From Candidatus Latescibacterota bacterium (GTDB taxonomy: Bacteria; Latescibacterota; UBA2968), in the NCBI GenBank assembly GCA_965208125.1, contig OZ242320.1:2400001-2464000 (forward strand): a stretch of 64,000 nt of DNA. The letters are read 5' to 3'. Of this stretch, positions 30,274 through 39,510 are shown one piece after another. The notes beneath the pieces were generated by a model. That model made no database searches. It was not told the origin of the DNA and saw only the letters and a program-made list of their open reading frames with translations. Each line of letters opens with the position of its first letter. Position 1 is the stretch's first letter. The position numbers and the translations under genes are program-made.

Positions 30274-30463
30274 TTGTTATCGCATTTTGTCATGAGAGTG
30301 TGTATTGGTTTTTCAAATTATTATTCAAATATGTGCAAGGTTGGAATGGATTGCAAGTCCAGATGGGAAAGATGATATTCTAAAGTTCGGTGCTGGTTGA
30401 CTTTGGTAAAATGGGGTTGTATTTTCGGTTGCCAGATGTTTGGATCAATGTATGGGAGGGATT

Positions 30464-31561
30464 ATGAAGATTACGGATGTTAAATATCATCGTTTGCGCT
30501 ATCCCGTGACCGAGAAGTTCGGAAATTCTTTTGCGTGGATTACGGAGCGGTCATCTATTCTGGTGGAGATTTCTACCGATGCGGGTATTACGGGATGGGG
30601 ACAGGGGGCGGGGTCGCTGGGTGAGTCGGATATTCAGCGGCATGTGATCGGGAAGGATCCGTTCGATTGCGAGGTGATCTGGAACGCGCTGAACAATTCG
30701 GGGAGTCTGAGGAATGTGGGCGCGACCAGTGGCGTGGATATTGCGTTGTGGGATATTATGGGTAAGGCGCTTGATGTGCCGATTTATCGCCTTTTGGGGG
30801 GTGCATTTCGGGACCGTATTCCCTGCTATGCCAGCGGGTTGTTCAGGAAGGACAGGCCGGATAATACACAGGCGTTGATGGATGAGGCCAGAGGATATGT
30901 GGATCAGGGTTTTCCCGCGATGAAGATGAAGGTTGGATTGGGGAAGGCTTATGATGAGCAGAATGTGGCTGCTGTGCGGAGAGCGATTGGCGATGATATT
31001 CTTTTGTGCGTGGATGCAAATTTGGCCTATGATGTGGGTACGGCGATTGAGGTGGGGCGCAGGATGGAGGCGTACGATTTGTTCTGGTATGAAGAACCGA
31101 CTTCGAGGGATGATGTGGCCGGGTATGTGGAAATTAAAGGGGCGCTCGAGATGCGGATTGCGGGATGCGAGGGTTTGCAGGGGCGCTGGGCATTTCGGGA
31201 GTTTATCCAGCGACGGGCGGTGGATATCGTGCAGCCAGATATTGCGATTGTTGGCGGGTTTACAGAGGCGAGAAAGGTTGTGGCAATGGCCAGTGCCAAT
31301 TATATTCCGGTTATGCCGCATATGTGGGGAGCAGTCGTTGGCCTTGCCGCTACCCTGCACTGGCAGGCGTCGATGCCAGATGCGTCCGGTTCTGTGAATC
31401 CAGTCCCTTCTTTTTTTGAATGCGATATGACGGAAAATGGGCTTCGAACAGCGTTGTCTAAAGAGCCTATTTTGCCGGTGGATGGGTATCTCGCGGTTCC
31501 TCAAGGCCCCGGGCTGGGGATTGAGATTGACCGGGATGTTCTTGAGAGATATTCGGTTTGA
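30464..31561 (+). CDS. Mandelate racemase/muconate lactonizing enzyme family
   Basis: GVDIALWDIMGK, KMKVG, VDAN, WYEEP, PGLG. Confidence 0.92.
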   Translation: MKITDVKYHRLRYPVTEKFGNSFAWITERSSILVEISTDAGITGWGQGAGSLGESDIQRHVIGKDPFDCEVIWNALNNSGSLRNVGATSGVDIALWDIMGKALDVPIYRLLGGAFRDRIPCYASGLFRKDRPDNTQALMDEARGYVDQGFPAMKMKVGLGKAYDEQNVAAVRRAIGDDILLCVDANLAYDVGTAIEVGRRMEAYDLFWYEEPTSRDDVAGYVEIKGALEMRIAGCEGLQGRWAFREFIQRRAVDIVQPDIAIVGGFTEARKVVAMASANYIPVMPHMWGAVVGLAATLHWQASMPDASGSVNPVPSFFECDMTENGLRTALSKEPILPVDGYLAVPQGPGLGIEIDRDVLERYSV

Positions 31562-31589
31562 CGCGGTGTCTTTTCAAAGGAGCGATGCG

Positions 31590-32456
31590 ATGGACGAGAT
31601 GCTGAGATGTTTTGCGGAGAATGGGTATGCCGTGGTGGAGGGGGCGCTTTCACCGGAGGAGGTGACGGCGATTAACGATGGGATTGATGCGGATGTGGCC
31701 GCGCATCCGAAGGAATGGGAGCCTGGACCGCGTCCGGGTCATATAGCGGTGGGCTGCAGGGCGCCGGAGTTGATGCACAGGACAGAGGCACTGGATGGCC
31801 TGGTTCACCATCCGTCGGTTGCGCCTCTGGTGCACCGCATTCTCGGAGCGGGTGTTCAGTTTTGCAGTCTGAGTTTTTTGCGGCGCGAGGTGTGTGCTGC
31901 CGATCCGCCAGAGGATATTGACGGCGGCGATCCGCTCTGTCTCTCGCGGCAGTGGCACCGGGAATACAATGGTATTGTGGAGGGTGCTGATCGAAATGCG
32001 TTTTTTGCCCCGGCGATACAGGTGATTTACTATCTGGACGATGTGGATGCCGGGTCCCACTGTACGAGCCTTATTCCAGAGAGTGCCGAGACCAAGCGTC
32101 AATTGCCCAAGACGCGGGAGGGGAAATCCGGATGGGGCGAGGGTGTCCTGCGGATTGACGATAGTGAGACGGCGTATGTAGATCCGGATAAGCCGATGTG
32201 GACAGATTCTTTTGGTCGCACAAATCCCCGACGGATTGGTCGGGTCGATGTCCACGCGCCAGCGGGGTCTGCTGTGATGTTCAATATTGCCAGTTATCAC
32301 TGCGGGACTGTCCGGCAGACACAGCGGATTCGGCGCACGGCGCATTTGATGTATCGGCAGCCAGATCCGATATTCTCGCGGCACGCACTGGGTCCCGATT
32401 GGGAGAGTGTGGCGGCGTTTAGAGCCGCGCTGCCAAAGCGATCAGCGATTGGATGA
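31590..32456 (+). CDS. Phytanoyl-CoA dioxygenase (PhyH) family protein
   Basis: FAENGYAVVEGALS, WHRE, LIPES, YHCG. Confidence 0.75.
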   Translation: MDEMLRCFAENGYAVVEGALSPEEVTAINDGIDADVAAHPKEWEPGPRPGHIAVGCRAPELMHRTEALDGLVHHPSVAPLVHRILGAGVQFCSLSFLRREVCAADPPEDIDGGDPLCLSRQWHREYNGIVEGADRNAFFAPAIQVIYYLDDVDAGSHCTSLIPESAETKRQLPKTREGKSGWGEGVLRIDDSETAYVDPDKPMWTDSFGRTNPRRIGRVDVHAPAGSAVMFNIASYHCGTVRQTQRIRRTAHLMYRQPDPIFSRHALGPDWESVAAFRAALPKRSAIG

Positions 32457-32496
32457 AAATGCTTTCCTGATCGAAACGGGCAGATGCTGCAGGTCC

Positions 32497-33696
32497 TCAA
32501 AACTGCACCCACACACCTCTGCCTTGAAGGGCTGGAATGTGCGTATTGAGCGATGTGTCACTCAATGGGTTATTCCGTACCTCAACCACATCTCCACTGC
32601 CCAATCCCGTGTTTGCAATTAGAGGTGAAAGATCCGAGATGCTGTTGTCGGAAAGACCCAGCACTGTCAGGTTTGTCAGTCCTGAGAGGGCAGAGGCATC
32701 CGAGATGCTGTTGCTGTTAAGATACAGGTCTGTCAGGTTTGTCAGTCTGGAGAGGGCAGAGATATCCGAGATGCTGTTGCTGTAAAGATGCAGCCTTGTC
32801 AGGTTTGTCAGTCTGGAGAGGGCAGAGATATCCGAGATGCTGTTGCTGTAAAGACGCAACACTGTCAGGTTTGTCAGTCCAGAGAGGGCAGAGATATCCG
32901 AGATGCTGTTGGTGCCAAGATGCAGCTCTGTCAAGTTTGCCAGTCCAGAGAGGGCAGAGACATCCGAGATGCTGTTGGTGCCAAGATCCAGGTATGTCAG
33001 GTTTGTCAGTCTGGAGAGGGCAGAGACATCCGAGATGCTGTTGGTGAGAAGACGCAGTTCTGTCAGGTTTGTCAGTCCAGAGAGGGCAGAGATATCCGAG
33101 ATGCTGTTGGTGCCAAGATACAGGTCTGTCAGATTTGTCAGTCTGGAGAGGGCAGAGACATCCGAGATGCTGTTGTTGTGAAGATGCAGCCTTGTCAGGT
33201 TTGTCAGTCCAGAGAGGGCAGAGACATCCGAGATGCTGTTGCTGTAAAGATACAGGTCTGTCAGACCCGTTGCAAACTCAAGCCCGGTCAAGTCGCTGAT
33301 ATTCTTACGCGTCGCTGCAAGCCTGGTCAAGCTCGCCATCTCTTCTCTGCTGATCGGCGCACTACTCGCCTTGTCCAGGCTGTCTGCGATTACCGCACGC
33401 AGGTTCGCATCGCGAATGGCAACCGAGCCGAAGTAGCTGGTGAAACTCAGAAAATCGCCAAAGCCAACCGCACCATCGCTGTCCAGATCATACTTCGCGT
33501 CATATCTCCCATCGCCCTGACGCGCTCCAAACTGATCTACAAACGCCAAAAAGTCGGCAAAATCCACAACGCCATTGCCGTCAAAGTCGGCGTCTGCCGC
33601 GGTTGGGGTTTGTGCAGAGGCAGGCCCCGCCATCAGAAGCAGGGCGAGAAACACAACAGCGAGCGACCCTTCTCTGTAAAAGTTTTTGCGTTTCAT
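32497..33696 (-). CDS. Secreted internalin-type LRR protein with EF-hand/dockerin-like N-domain
   Basis: Signal peptide; ADFDGNGVVDFADFL and DLDSDGAVGFGDFL; ten 22-aa LTxLxLxxNSISDxSALSxLTN repeats. Confidence 0.92.
   Translation of the reverse strand: MKRKNFYREGSLAVVFLALLLMAGPASAQTPTAADADFDGNGVVDFADFLAFVDQFGARQGDGRYDAKYDLDSDGAVGFGDFLSFTSYFGSVAIRDANLRAVIADSLDKASSAPISREEMASLTRLAATRKNISDLTGLEFATGLTDLYLYSNSISDVSALSGLTNLTRLHLHNNSISDVSALSRLTNLTDLYLGTNSISDISALSGLTNLTELRLLTNSISDVSALSRLTNLTYLDLGTNSISDVSALSGLANLTELHLGTNSISDISALSGLTNLTVLRLYSNSISDISALSRLTNLTRLHLYSNSISDISALSRLTNLTDLYLNSNSISDASALSGLTNLTVLGLSDNSISDLSPLIANTGLGSGDVVEVRNNPLSDTSLNTHIPALQGRGVWVQF
32630..33263. repeat. 66-bp tandem repeats encoding LRRs
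   Basis: Near-identical units containing TCCGAGATGCTGTTG every 66 bp. Confidence 0.9.
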
Positions 33697-33877
33697 GTTT
33701 CCTCTTATACATACGTTTGTGTCAACTTACAAAAAAATTTCTTCTTGTAAAGCCTATTTTAGCACGACGCTGGGAAGCCATCAGCTTTCAGCGATCAGCA
33801 CCCCCAATCACCCCAAGGCCTTATGTTATTTGTTTTGCTAACTGCTGACTGACCGCTAATTGGTATTTAAAGATAAG

Positions 33878-34077
33878 ATCCGAAAAGAGACGCGGAGCCT
33901 GAAGGCTTTCTGGCTATGAGACTTTGTTTGCTCTGAGGTTTGATGCTCAATGGTCTGGTGCTTTGCCGGACGTTATGAGCGTCACCCCCTCAAGAGGATG
34001 GCTTTTACAGATACCATGGTCTGGGCTATGCTCCGTCACCGAAGCAGTCGCACTTGCTCCCCTGTCTCCTTCCGGAT
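33878..34077 (-). ncRNA. Candidate 200-nt structured RNA downstream of the DIP1984-like gene
   Basis: 5' AUCCGGAAGGAGAC..GGAGC pairs with 3' GCUCC..GUCUCUUUUCGGAU; internal hairpins include UGCUUCG-GUGA-CGGAGCA. Confidence 0.6.
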
Positions 34078-34083
34078 TGGTGA

Positions 34084-34623
34084 TTACTGCTCGTCCTGAA
34101 AGGCTACGATCGCTTCAAAAGATGCTGCCCGTAGCTTTCTGTTTAACGCCCTAAAAGTCAACCGTACACTTTCAAGGTCCTGGACGCTGTCGGGATATGA
34201 CAATTCGTTGGGTTCCACAATGTCGCGGTCTTCTTTGTAGATTACCCGCTGGTATGCTGCATCCACGACTTGCGTGTGAAGTTCGCCGATTTGCACATTC
34301 AAGCCTTTTCGCAATTCCAGCGCCTCGTTGAGATTGATGGTGTCGCCATCGTGTTCCATCTGGTGCTGAAAATTGGTCTGCTGAATGGCACTGTTGAGCT
34401 TGCGCCGTTTGTATTCCAGTGCTTTGATCTGGTCACGCACTTCAGTGGTGTCAAACCCGGGACTGGGACGATATTGACCCTCTTCGTCGCGATTGAAAAA
34501 TGTTCGATTGCGATTTTGCCTGGTTTCTGACAGGCAATCTTTCAGGGTTTTAATTCTGGCCTCGTATTCAGCTCTGAGTTCCAGAGCTTCGTAGAGGTAG
34601 AGTTTGTTGTTTTCGTCTGGCAT
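34084..34623 (-). CDS. DIP1984/DUF6847 (septicolysin-like) helical protein
   Basis: Internally duplicated LxEALELR motif followed by RKLNSAIQQTNF / RALNRKLRAASF; AGGAAGGAG RBS. Confidence 0.65.
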   Translation of the reverse strand: MPDENNKLYLYEALELRAEYEARIKTLKDCLSETRQNRNRTFFNRDEEGQYRPSPGFDTTEVRDQIKALEYKRRKLNSAIQQTNFQHQMEHDGDTINLNEALELRKGLNVQIGELHTQVVDAAYQRVIYKEDRDIVEPNELSYPDSVQDLESVRLTFRALNRKLRAASFEAIVAFQDEQ

Positions 34624-34750
34624 GTTTTCTCCTTCCTTTCTCCTCCCGTCATTTATGCATTTATGCATCGCTTTGGTGCAGTATCGGCTCTGACAAAGCT
34701 GAAAAGATAAAAGATTCAGAGAATTTGAAATTTTTTTAGAAAAATAAAAA

Positions 34751-34782
34751 ACGGGTAGAGAATTACGAGACTCTCTACCTGT
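34751..34782 (-). terminator. Hairpin downstream of the tRNA-Val fragment
   Basis: ACGGGTAGAG...CTCTACCTGT with A-tract on the left (U-tract on minus strand). Confidence 0.55.
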
Positions 34783-34797
34783 TATGCTAATTTTTCA

Positions 34798-34827
34798 TGG
34801 TGGGTAATACTGTACTTGGACCGGTGA
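34798..34827 (-). repeat. Degenerate 3' copy of tRNA-Val (att-like)
   Basis: TGGTGGGTAATACTGTACTTGGACCGGTGA vs tRNA TGGTGGGCGATACTGGACTTGAACCAGTGA: 25/30 identity, same orientation. Confidence 0.75.
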
Positions 34828-34909
34828 TTTTTTACCTGATCGTATGAAAAGTCAGGTTTCTGGAAAGTACCGCTCCTGAATCTAAACCACTCGCATTTTC
34901 TGAGATTCC

Positions 34910-35833
34910 TTATTCTTTTTTCCACGGACCACCGTCTTGCCATACTTGATTGTATTCCTCTCTTCTTGTGGCTGCAAGAAGGGGTGGAGCAAGAAAAGTG
35001 CTCAACGTTTCAATAAGTTCAGGAAGTTCCTGTGGGGCATCTGTCAGGTCGCTCCGTTCAAGAAAACTACGCCACTGCTCTGCTTTCCCCGGATATTCGG
35101 CAAATTGCTTATCCAGAGCGACCGGCTGTTCGTTGGGTAAGGGTATCCTTCGTCGCTCGAAAGTCCCCCGGATGGCCTGAGTTAGCACCAGCCCTTCAAA
35201 AGAAAATGTTCTGGCTATTAGCCAGAGGTCATAGAAATCCTTCATACGGCTATTTTGCATACCCAAGACAACCAGGGCATTCAGTTTTTCGGCGACGACC
35301 GTCTCAGGAGGATAGGCTCTGAGTTCGGGTGCAGGAAAATCCAGCAACCCCGGGTACAGGAGAGTAGTGGTCCTGGGTATTACCACGTCTCCAAATCCCA
35401 CGTCAATTTGCACCTGGAACCGTGCAGTTCCAAGCAAACAAGAGAGACGGATGCGATGACTCTCATAGACTGCATTATCTCGAATGGCTTGGACTCGAAC
35501 ACTTTCAGGGTCATAAAAAAGCCCGTCTGCCACCACATTTTCTCGACAGATTGCTTTAAAGACTTTTGCGATATGGTCATGGGAGGCTTCGCCATGGCCC
35601 AACAAATCCAGGTCTCGAGTTATACGATGAGCACTACCTGTCCAGGCGAAGAAAAGCAGGGCACCTTTGAGGATAAAACTGGAGCGAAATGGAGACTGGG
35701 ACAGACGGTAGAGGAATCTTTCAATGGCATATCGCAAGAAAATCTGATTGGGTTCTTCCCTTTTTTCTCTGCTCAGGTTTAAAAGTCGCTGATGGACGGA
35801 TACAGGTAGATTTTTGGGACGCGTTCTTTTCAT
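34910..35833 (-). CDS. AbiEii/AbiGii nucleotidyltransferase toxin (type IV TA)
   Basis: FILKGALL, TRDLDL, AEKL, NSRMKDFYD. Confidence 0.92.
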   Translation of the reverse strand: MKRTRPKNLPVSVHQRLLNLSREKREEPNQIFLRYAIERFLYRLSQSPFRSSFILKGALLFFAWTGSAHRITRDLDLLGHGEASHDHIAKVFKAICRENVVADGLFYDPESVRVQAIRDNAVYESHRIRLSCLLGTARFQVQIDVGFGDVVIPRTTTLLYPGLLDFPAPELRAYPPETVVAEKLNALVVLGMQNSRMKDFYDLWLIARTFSFEGLVLTQAIRGTFERRRIPLPNEQPVALDKQFAEYPGKAEQWRSFLERSDLTDAPQELPELIETLSTFLAPPLLAATRREEYNQVWQDGGPWKKE

Positions 35834-36435
35834 GCCACGATAGCTTCCATATAGGGCCGCATCACATTGGTCATGCGACAGACCTTTGCGAAGTGCCAGA
35901 GGTCGTCCATTGTGATGCGGCGGTCGCGGATGCATTCTTTCAACGCTTCAAGAGCGATGTCCAGGCCGATTTTGTTGCGGTATTTGAAGCAGTCTGCAAC
36001 TGTTTTGGCGGGGTTAAAAATCTGAACGGGAACGCCTTCAATCTGATATGTCTCGATCCCTTCAGTCAGTGCAACACCGGAGAACCGCATCACCCTCAGG
36101 GGAGGAAATTGCATCTTTGGCTTGGCTGCTCTGCGGTCAATGGCCATCCAGACCTGGTGTGGTAGCTGTGTGCCGATTTCGTGAAAGCTCAAAGCTGACA
36201 GCAGACAGATCACCCCGTGGGGAATGCGCTTTGCTACTTGCGCCAGCCCATAGTGTACCGAAATCTCGGCATTGGCTGCAATGTACAGGCCTCTTCCTTC
36301 CCGTCGCACCAGTCCTTTCTGATATAGCCGACGCAGATATTCGGGATGAAGGCCCCGGGACGTCAGATCGCAAACTCTCAAGAGACCTTGCTGTGCCAGT
36401 TCCAGAACTTGATTTTCTGGTGAATTTTTAGACAT
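35830..36435 (-). CDS. AbiEi-family antitoxin / transcriptional regulator
   Basis: GRGLY, ICLLSALSFH, KTVADCFKYRNKIG. Confidence 0.92.
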   Translation of the reverse strand: MSKNSPENQVLELAQQGLLRVCDLTSRGLHPEYLRRLYQKGLVRREGRGLYIAANAEISVHYGLAQVAKRIPHGVICLLSALSFHEIGTQLPHQVWMAIDRRAAKPKMQFPPLRVMRFSGVALTEGIETYQIEGVPVQIFNPAKTVADCFKYRNKIGLDIALEALKECIRDRRITMDDLWHFAKVCRMTNVMRPYMEAIVA

Positions 36436-36442
36436 GTGTCAT

Positions 36443-36470
36443 AGTATATCTATTTATAATTTTTTGTCAA
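36443..36470 (-). promoter_or_regulatory. Putative sigma70 promoter of the AbiE operon (probably leaderless)
   Basis: TTGACA-N16-TATACT ending 7 nt before ATG 36435; no SD sequence. Confidence 0.5.
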
Positions 36471-36629
36471 TATTATTACACAAAAGGCTTATATTATTAT
36501 ATTATTATGTGTCTATACCAGAGTTAATGTGACAACCTGAAAACTGTGATACTGGTTGCCCACATTTTGTTTTCACAAGATGTGCGATGTGGCAATTTCA
36601 GGTCTTTGATAGGATAGAGGAATCAGAAT

Positions 36630-37970
36630 ATGAAACAACCTAATGTTGTGTTTATCGACTGTCACGATCTGGGCGATTGGCTCGGTTGTTATGACCGGCC
36701 CGATGTATCGACGCCAAATCTGGATCGGTTGGCTTCTCAGGGTGCCCGGTTTTCGCAATTTATCGCGACGGCACCTATTTGTATTCCCAGTCGCGTTGGC
36801 TTGTATTGCAGTCAGATGCCGCATATGATCGGTGTGTGGGGACAATTTCCCTATGCGGATGATGCTGTGTGCATGGCGCGTTATTTTCAGGATGTGGGCT
36901 ATGAGACGGTGCTGAGCAACCGGTTGATGATTCCGAATGATCCATCCTGGGCGGGTTTTTCGCGTGTGCTGGAGGAGAAGGCTGGTGTGGAAGTTTTGGC
37001 TGAGCGTTTTTTACGAGAAGAAGCACCGTCTATCGAGCGCCCCTTTTTTTTGCAGGTCTCTTTCTCGGAGGTGCATAGACCTTTTGGTCTGGATTACGAT
37101 CCAGAGCTTGCGGAGAGAATGGTTGTGCCTCCGGATCTGCCCGATTGTTCGGAGGTGCGCAAAGATCTCGCCGCGTTGTGTCGGCAGATTGGGGAGTTGG
37201 ATAAAAAAGTGGGGCGGATTCTGAATGCACTTGATGATCGTGGGCTGGCCGATGAGACAGTTGTGGTGTTTACTACGGAACACGGTGTGGCGACTGCGCG
37301 GGCAAAACACACGCTTTACGATGCGGGTATCCGAACGACTTTGCTTATGAGGTACCCGTCTGAGATTGCCGCTGGAACTGTGTATGGTGATTTGATTAGC
37401 AATCTGGATCTGCTGCCGACGTTGATGGATTTGTGCGGTCTGGAGGAGCCGGATGGTATTCTGGGTCGGAGTTTTCGGGGGTTGTTTTCCGGTGCGGGAT
37501 GGGCTGGTCGGTCTGTGGTGTTTAGCGAGCAGACCTGGGGGCGGCGTGCTGGGAACTGGTATTACACGCCGATGCGGTGTGTTCGGTCGGATCAGTTCAA
37601 GCTGATCCGCAATTTTGCGCGGGTGCCAAATTATGTCGATAATGGGTGGGTGAATCGTTTTCAGAACAGGCGAGAGGTTGTTCAGGCACTTTTTTCAAGA
37701 CCGGCACCGGAACGGGAGCTTTACAGTTTGGCAGACGATCCGTATGAGTTGAACAATGTTGCAGATGATCCGCGTTTTTCAAAGGTTCGCGATGATTTGG
37801 AGGGGCAATTAACCGCGTTTCTCGAGGAGACAGAGGATCCCATTTTGATGGGATTTGTGCCGAATAGAGAAGGTCATTCCGATGTTCCGCAGTGGATTAA
37901 ACAGTCAGACGGCACGTTTTTGTTGGAGGCGGATCGGGAGATTTATCACTCGGAGCAGCCTTTTGATTAA
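36630..37970 (+). CDS. Sulfatase (S1, Cys-type)
   Basis: PNVVFI, TPNLDRLA, CIPSR. Confidence 0.92.
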   Translation: MKQPNVVFIDCHDLGDWLGCYDRPDVSTPNLDRLASQGARFSQFIATAPICIPSRVGLYCSQMPHMIGVWGQFPYADDAVCMARYFQDVGYETVLSNRLMIPNDPSWAGFSRVLEEKAGVEVLAERFLREEAPSIERPFFLQVSFSEVHRPFGLDYDPELAERMVVPPDLPDCSEVRKDLAALCRQIGELDKKVGRILNALDDRGLADETVVVFTTEHGVATARAKHTLYDAGIRTTLLMRYPSEIAAGTVYGDLISNLDLLPTLMDLCGLEEPDGILGRSFRGLFSGAGWAGRSVVFSEQTWGRRAGNWYYTPMRCVRSDQFKLIRNFARVPNYVDNGWVNRFQNRREVVQALFSRPAPERELYSLADDPYELNNVADDPRFSKVRDDLEGQLTAFLEETEDPILMGFVPNREGHSDVPQWIKQSDGTFLLEADREIYHSEQPFD

Positions 37971-37982
37971 AGGAGTTGTGAC

Positions 37983-39482
37983 ATGAATCTGGAATCCTAC
38001 TGCGCAGGGGAGCCACTTGAGGTTGGTACGGAAACCGTATTGCTGATCGACAATGCCACGGTGGAAGACCGCTGGGGGGTAAGTCGTGTGCTGAATGTGC
38101 CGATTAAGGATCCGCACAACCCCGTGCTTATGCCCGACAGGCCGTGGGAAGATTCGGTGGGTCAGCAAAATGTGATTTACGACGACGAAGCTGGCGTGTT
38201 CCGCATGTGGTATGCCGGGACCGATTGGAACGCGTGGATGCACCAGTTCCGCTTCAAAGACTGGAAGGCGGAGCGGCACGGGTATCCCTATTTTGTCTGC
38301 TATGCCGAGAGCCTGGACGGGGTACACTGGGACAAGCCGATGCTGGAGGGCAAGCCGTACGGACAATATGAGAAGACCAATGTGGTGGTCACGGGACAGC
38401 AAAAGGCCCAGGGGGTGCGCGTGATGTGGAATCCCCTCGGTGGCGTGCAGCAGAGCCGTTTTCTGATGACTTACAAGGACAATCTGGCCGAGGGCTATGG
38501 ATGTCTGTGTCTGGCTTATTCGGATGATGGGATTCACTGGCGGGAGGATCCGTCGAACCCGGCTTTCATCGGTCTGCGGGACACGTGGCAAAACATGGTG
38601 TTCGATCCTGTTCGGGAGCGCTGGCTGATGTTCGGGCGGCCCGTGTGTACCGCTGGTGTTGGGGATGTGCCGGGTGGACCGACGGAGCACAACTTCAAGC
38701 GCCGGACAGCGGTGATGGTCGGGGAGACGCCGTATGATTTTGGCCAGCCCCGGGTGGTGATGTGGCCGGAAGAAGCAGATGATCCGGATATCGACCACAT
38801 GGTGGTTTCTCGGGTAGGCAGCCATTTCATCGGTTTTGTCGGAATGATGGGGCCTCCGCCGCACATGGCCTTCCATCTGCATCTGGCGTTTAGCAGCGAT
38901 GGCTTGCACTGGAATATGTTGCCCGACCGGTCTGTATATCTTCCCCATGGCGGGTCCGACGCTTTCGACTCGGGTTCTACCTCGGGGGCCGGAGGCATTG
39001 TGCGCATGGGAAATACGGATTTTATCTACTATCGCGGATCCCGCCACGGCCAGGCACAGGGCAACAGGAACAATGTCTCGGGCATCGGCCGGGCGCAATT
39101 CCTCCAGGATCGATTCGTCGCGCAGATGGGTGCGCACACGGGAGGCTTTCTGCTTACCCGCGAAATGGTTGTTGCCGCACCGGAACTGATCGTCAATACG
39201 ACCGTGGCCGACGGGTATAACAGCGATCCGACCACGGCGATTGTTCCGCCCGAATTCGCTGTTGAAGTGCTGCGATTCGGTGAGAACGGTGCCCCGAATC
39301 CCGTGCCCGGGTTCACCCTTGCCGATTGCACCACACAGGCTGTTGACCTTGTCGAGCACAAAGTGACGTGGAAAAACAAGCAGGATATGGCAGAACTCGT
39401 GGGCATGCCTGTGTTCCTCCGCTTCTACCTCAAGAACGTGGGCCTCTATTCGCTGCGGTTTCGCGATGGAGGATCTGGATAA
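37983..39482 (+). CDS. Five-bladed propeller glycoside-hydrolase-like protein
   Basis: YAESLDGVHWDKP, AYSDDGIHW, SSDGLHW; C-terminal VFLRFYL..LYSLRF domain. Confidence 0.65.
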   Translation: MNLESYCAGEPLEVGTETVLLIDNATVEDRWGVSRVLNVPIKDPHNPVLMPDRPWEDSVGQQNVIYDDEAGVFRMWYAGTDWNAWMHQFRFKDWKAERHGYPYFVCYAESLDGVHWDKPMLEGKPYGQYEKTNVVVTGQQKAQGVRVMWNPLGGVQQSRFLMTYKDNLAEGYGCLCLAYSDDGIHWREDPSNPAFIGLRDTWQNMVFDPVRERWLMFGRPVCTAGVGDVPGGPTEHNFKRRTAVMVGETPYDFGQPRVVMWPEEADDPDIDHMVVSRVGSHFIGFVGMMGPPPHMAFHLHLAFSSDGLHWNMLPDRSVYLPHGGSDAFDSGSTSGAGGIVRMGNTDFIYYRGSRHGQAQGNRNNVSGIGRAQFLQDRFVAQMGAHTGGFLLTREMVVAAPELIVNTTVADGYNSDPTTAIVPPEFAVEVLRFGENGAPNPVPGFTLADCTTQAVDLVEHKVTWKNKQDMAELVGMPVFLRFYLKNVGLYSLRFRDGGSG

Positions 39483-39510
39483 ACCGATCGCGCTTTATTG
39501 GGGGTTTTCT

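Noticed and set aside
32630-33263. Regular 66-bp periodicity resembling a CRISPR array
   Set aside because: Units are coding LRRs with no unique spacers, and there are no cas genes
32788-33750. 320-aa plus-strand ORF with CQVCQS repeats
   Set aside because: Antisense shadow of the LRR repeats; no RBS or independent support
34798-34900. Complete second tRNA-Val gene
   Set aside because: Only the 3' 30 nt match; no D-arm or anticodon arm
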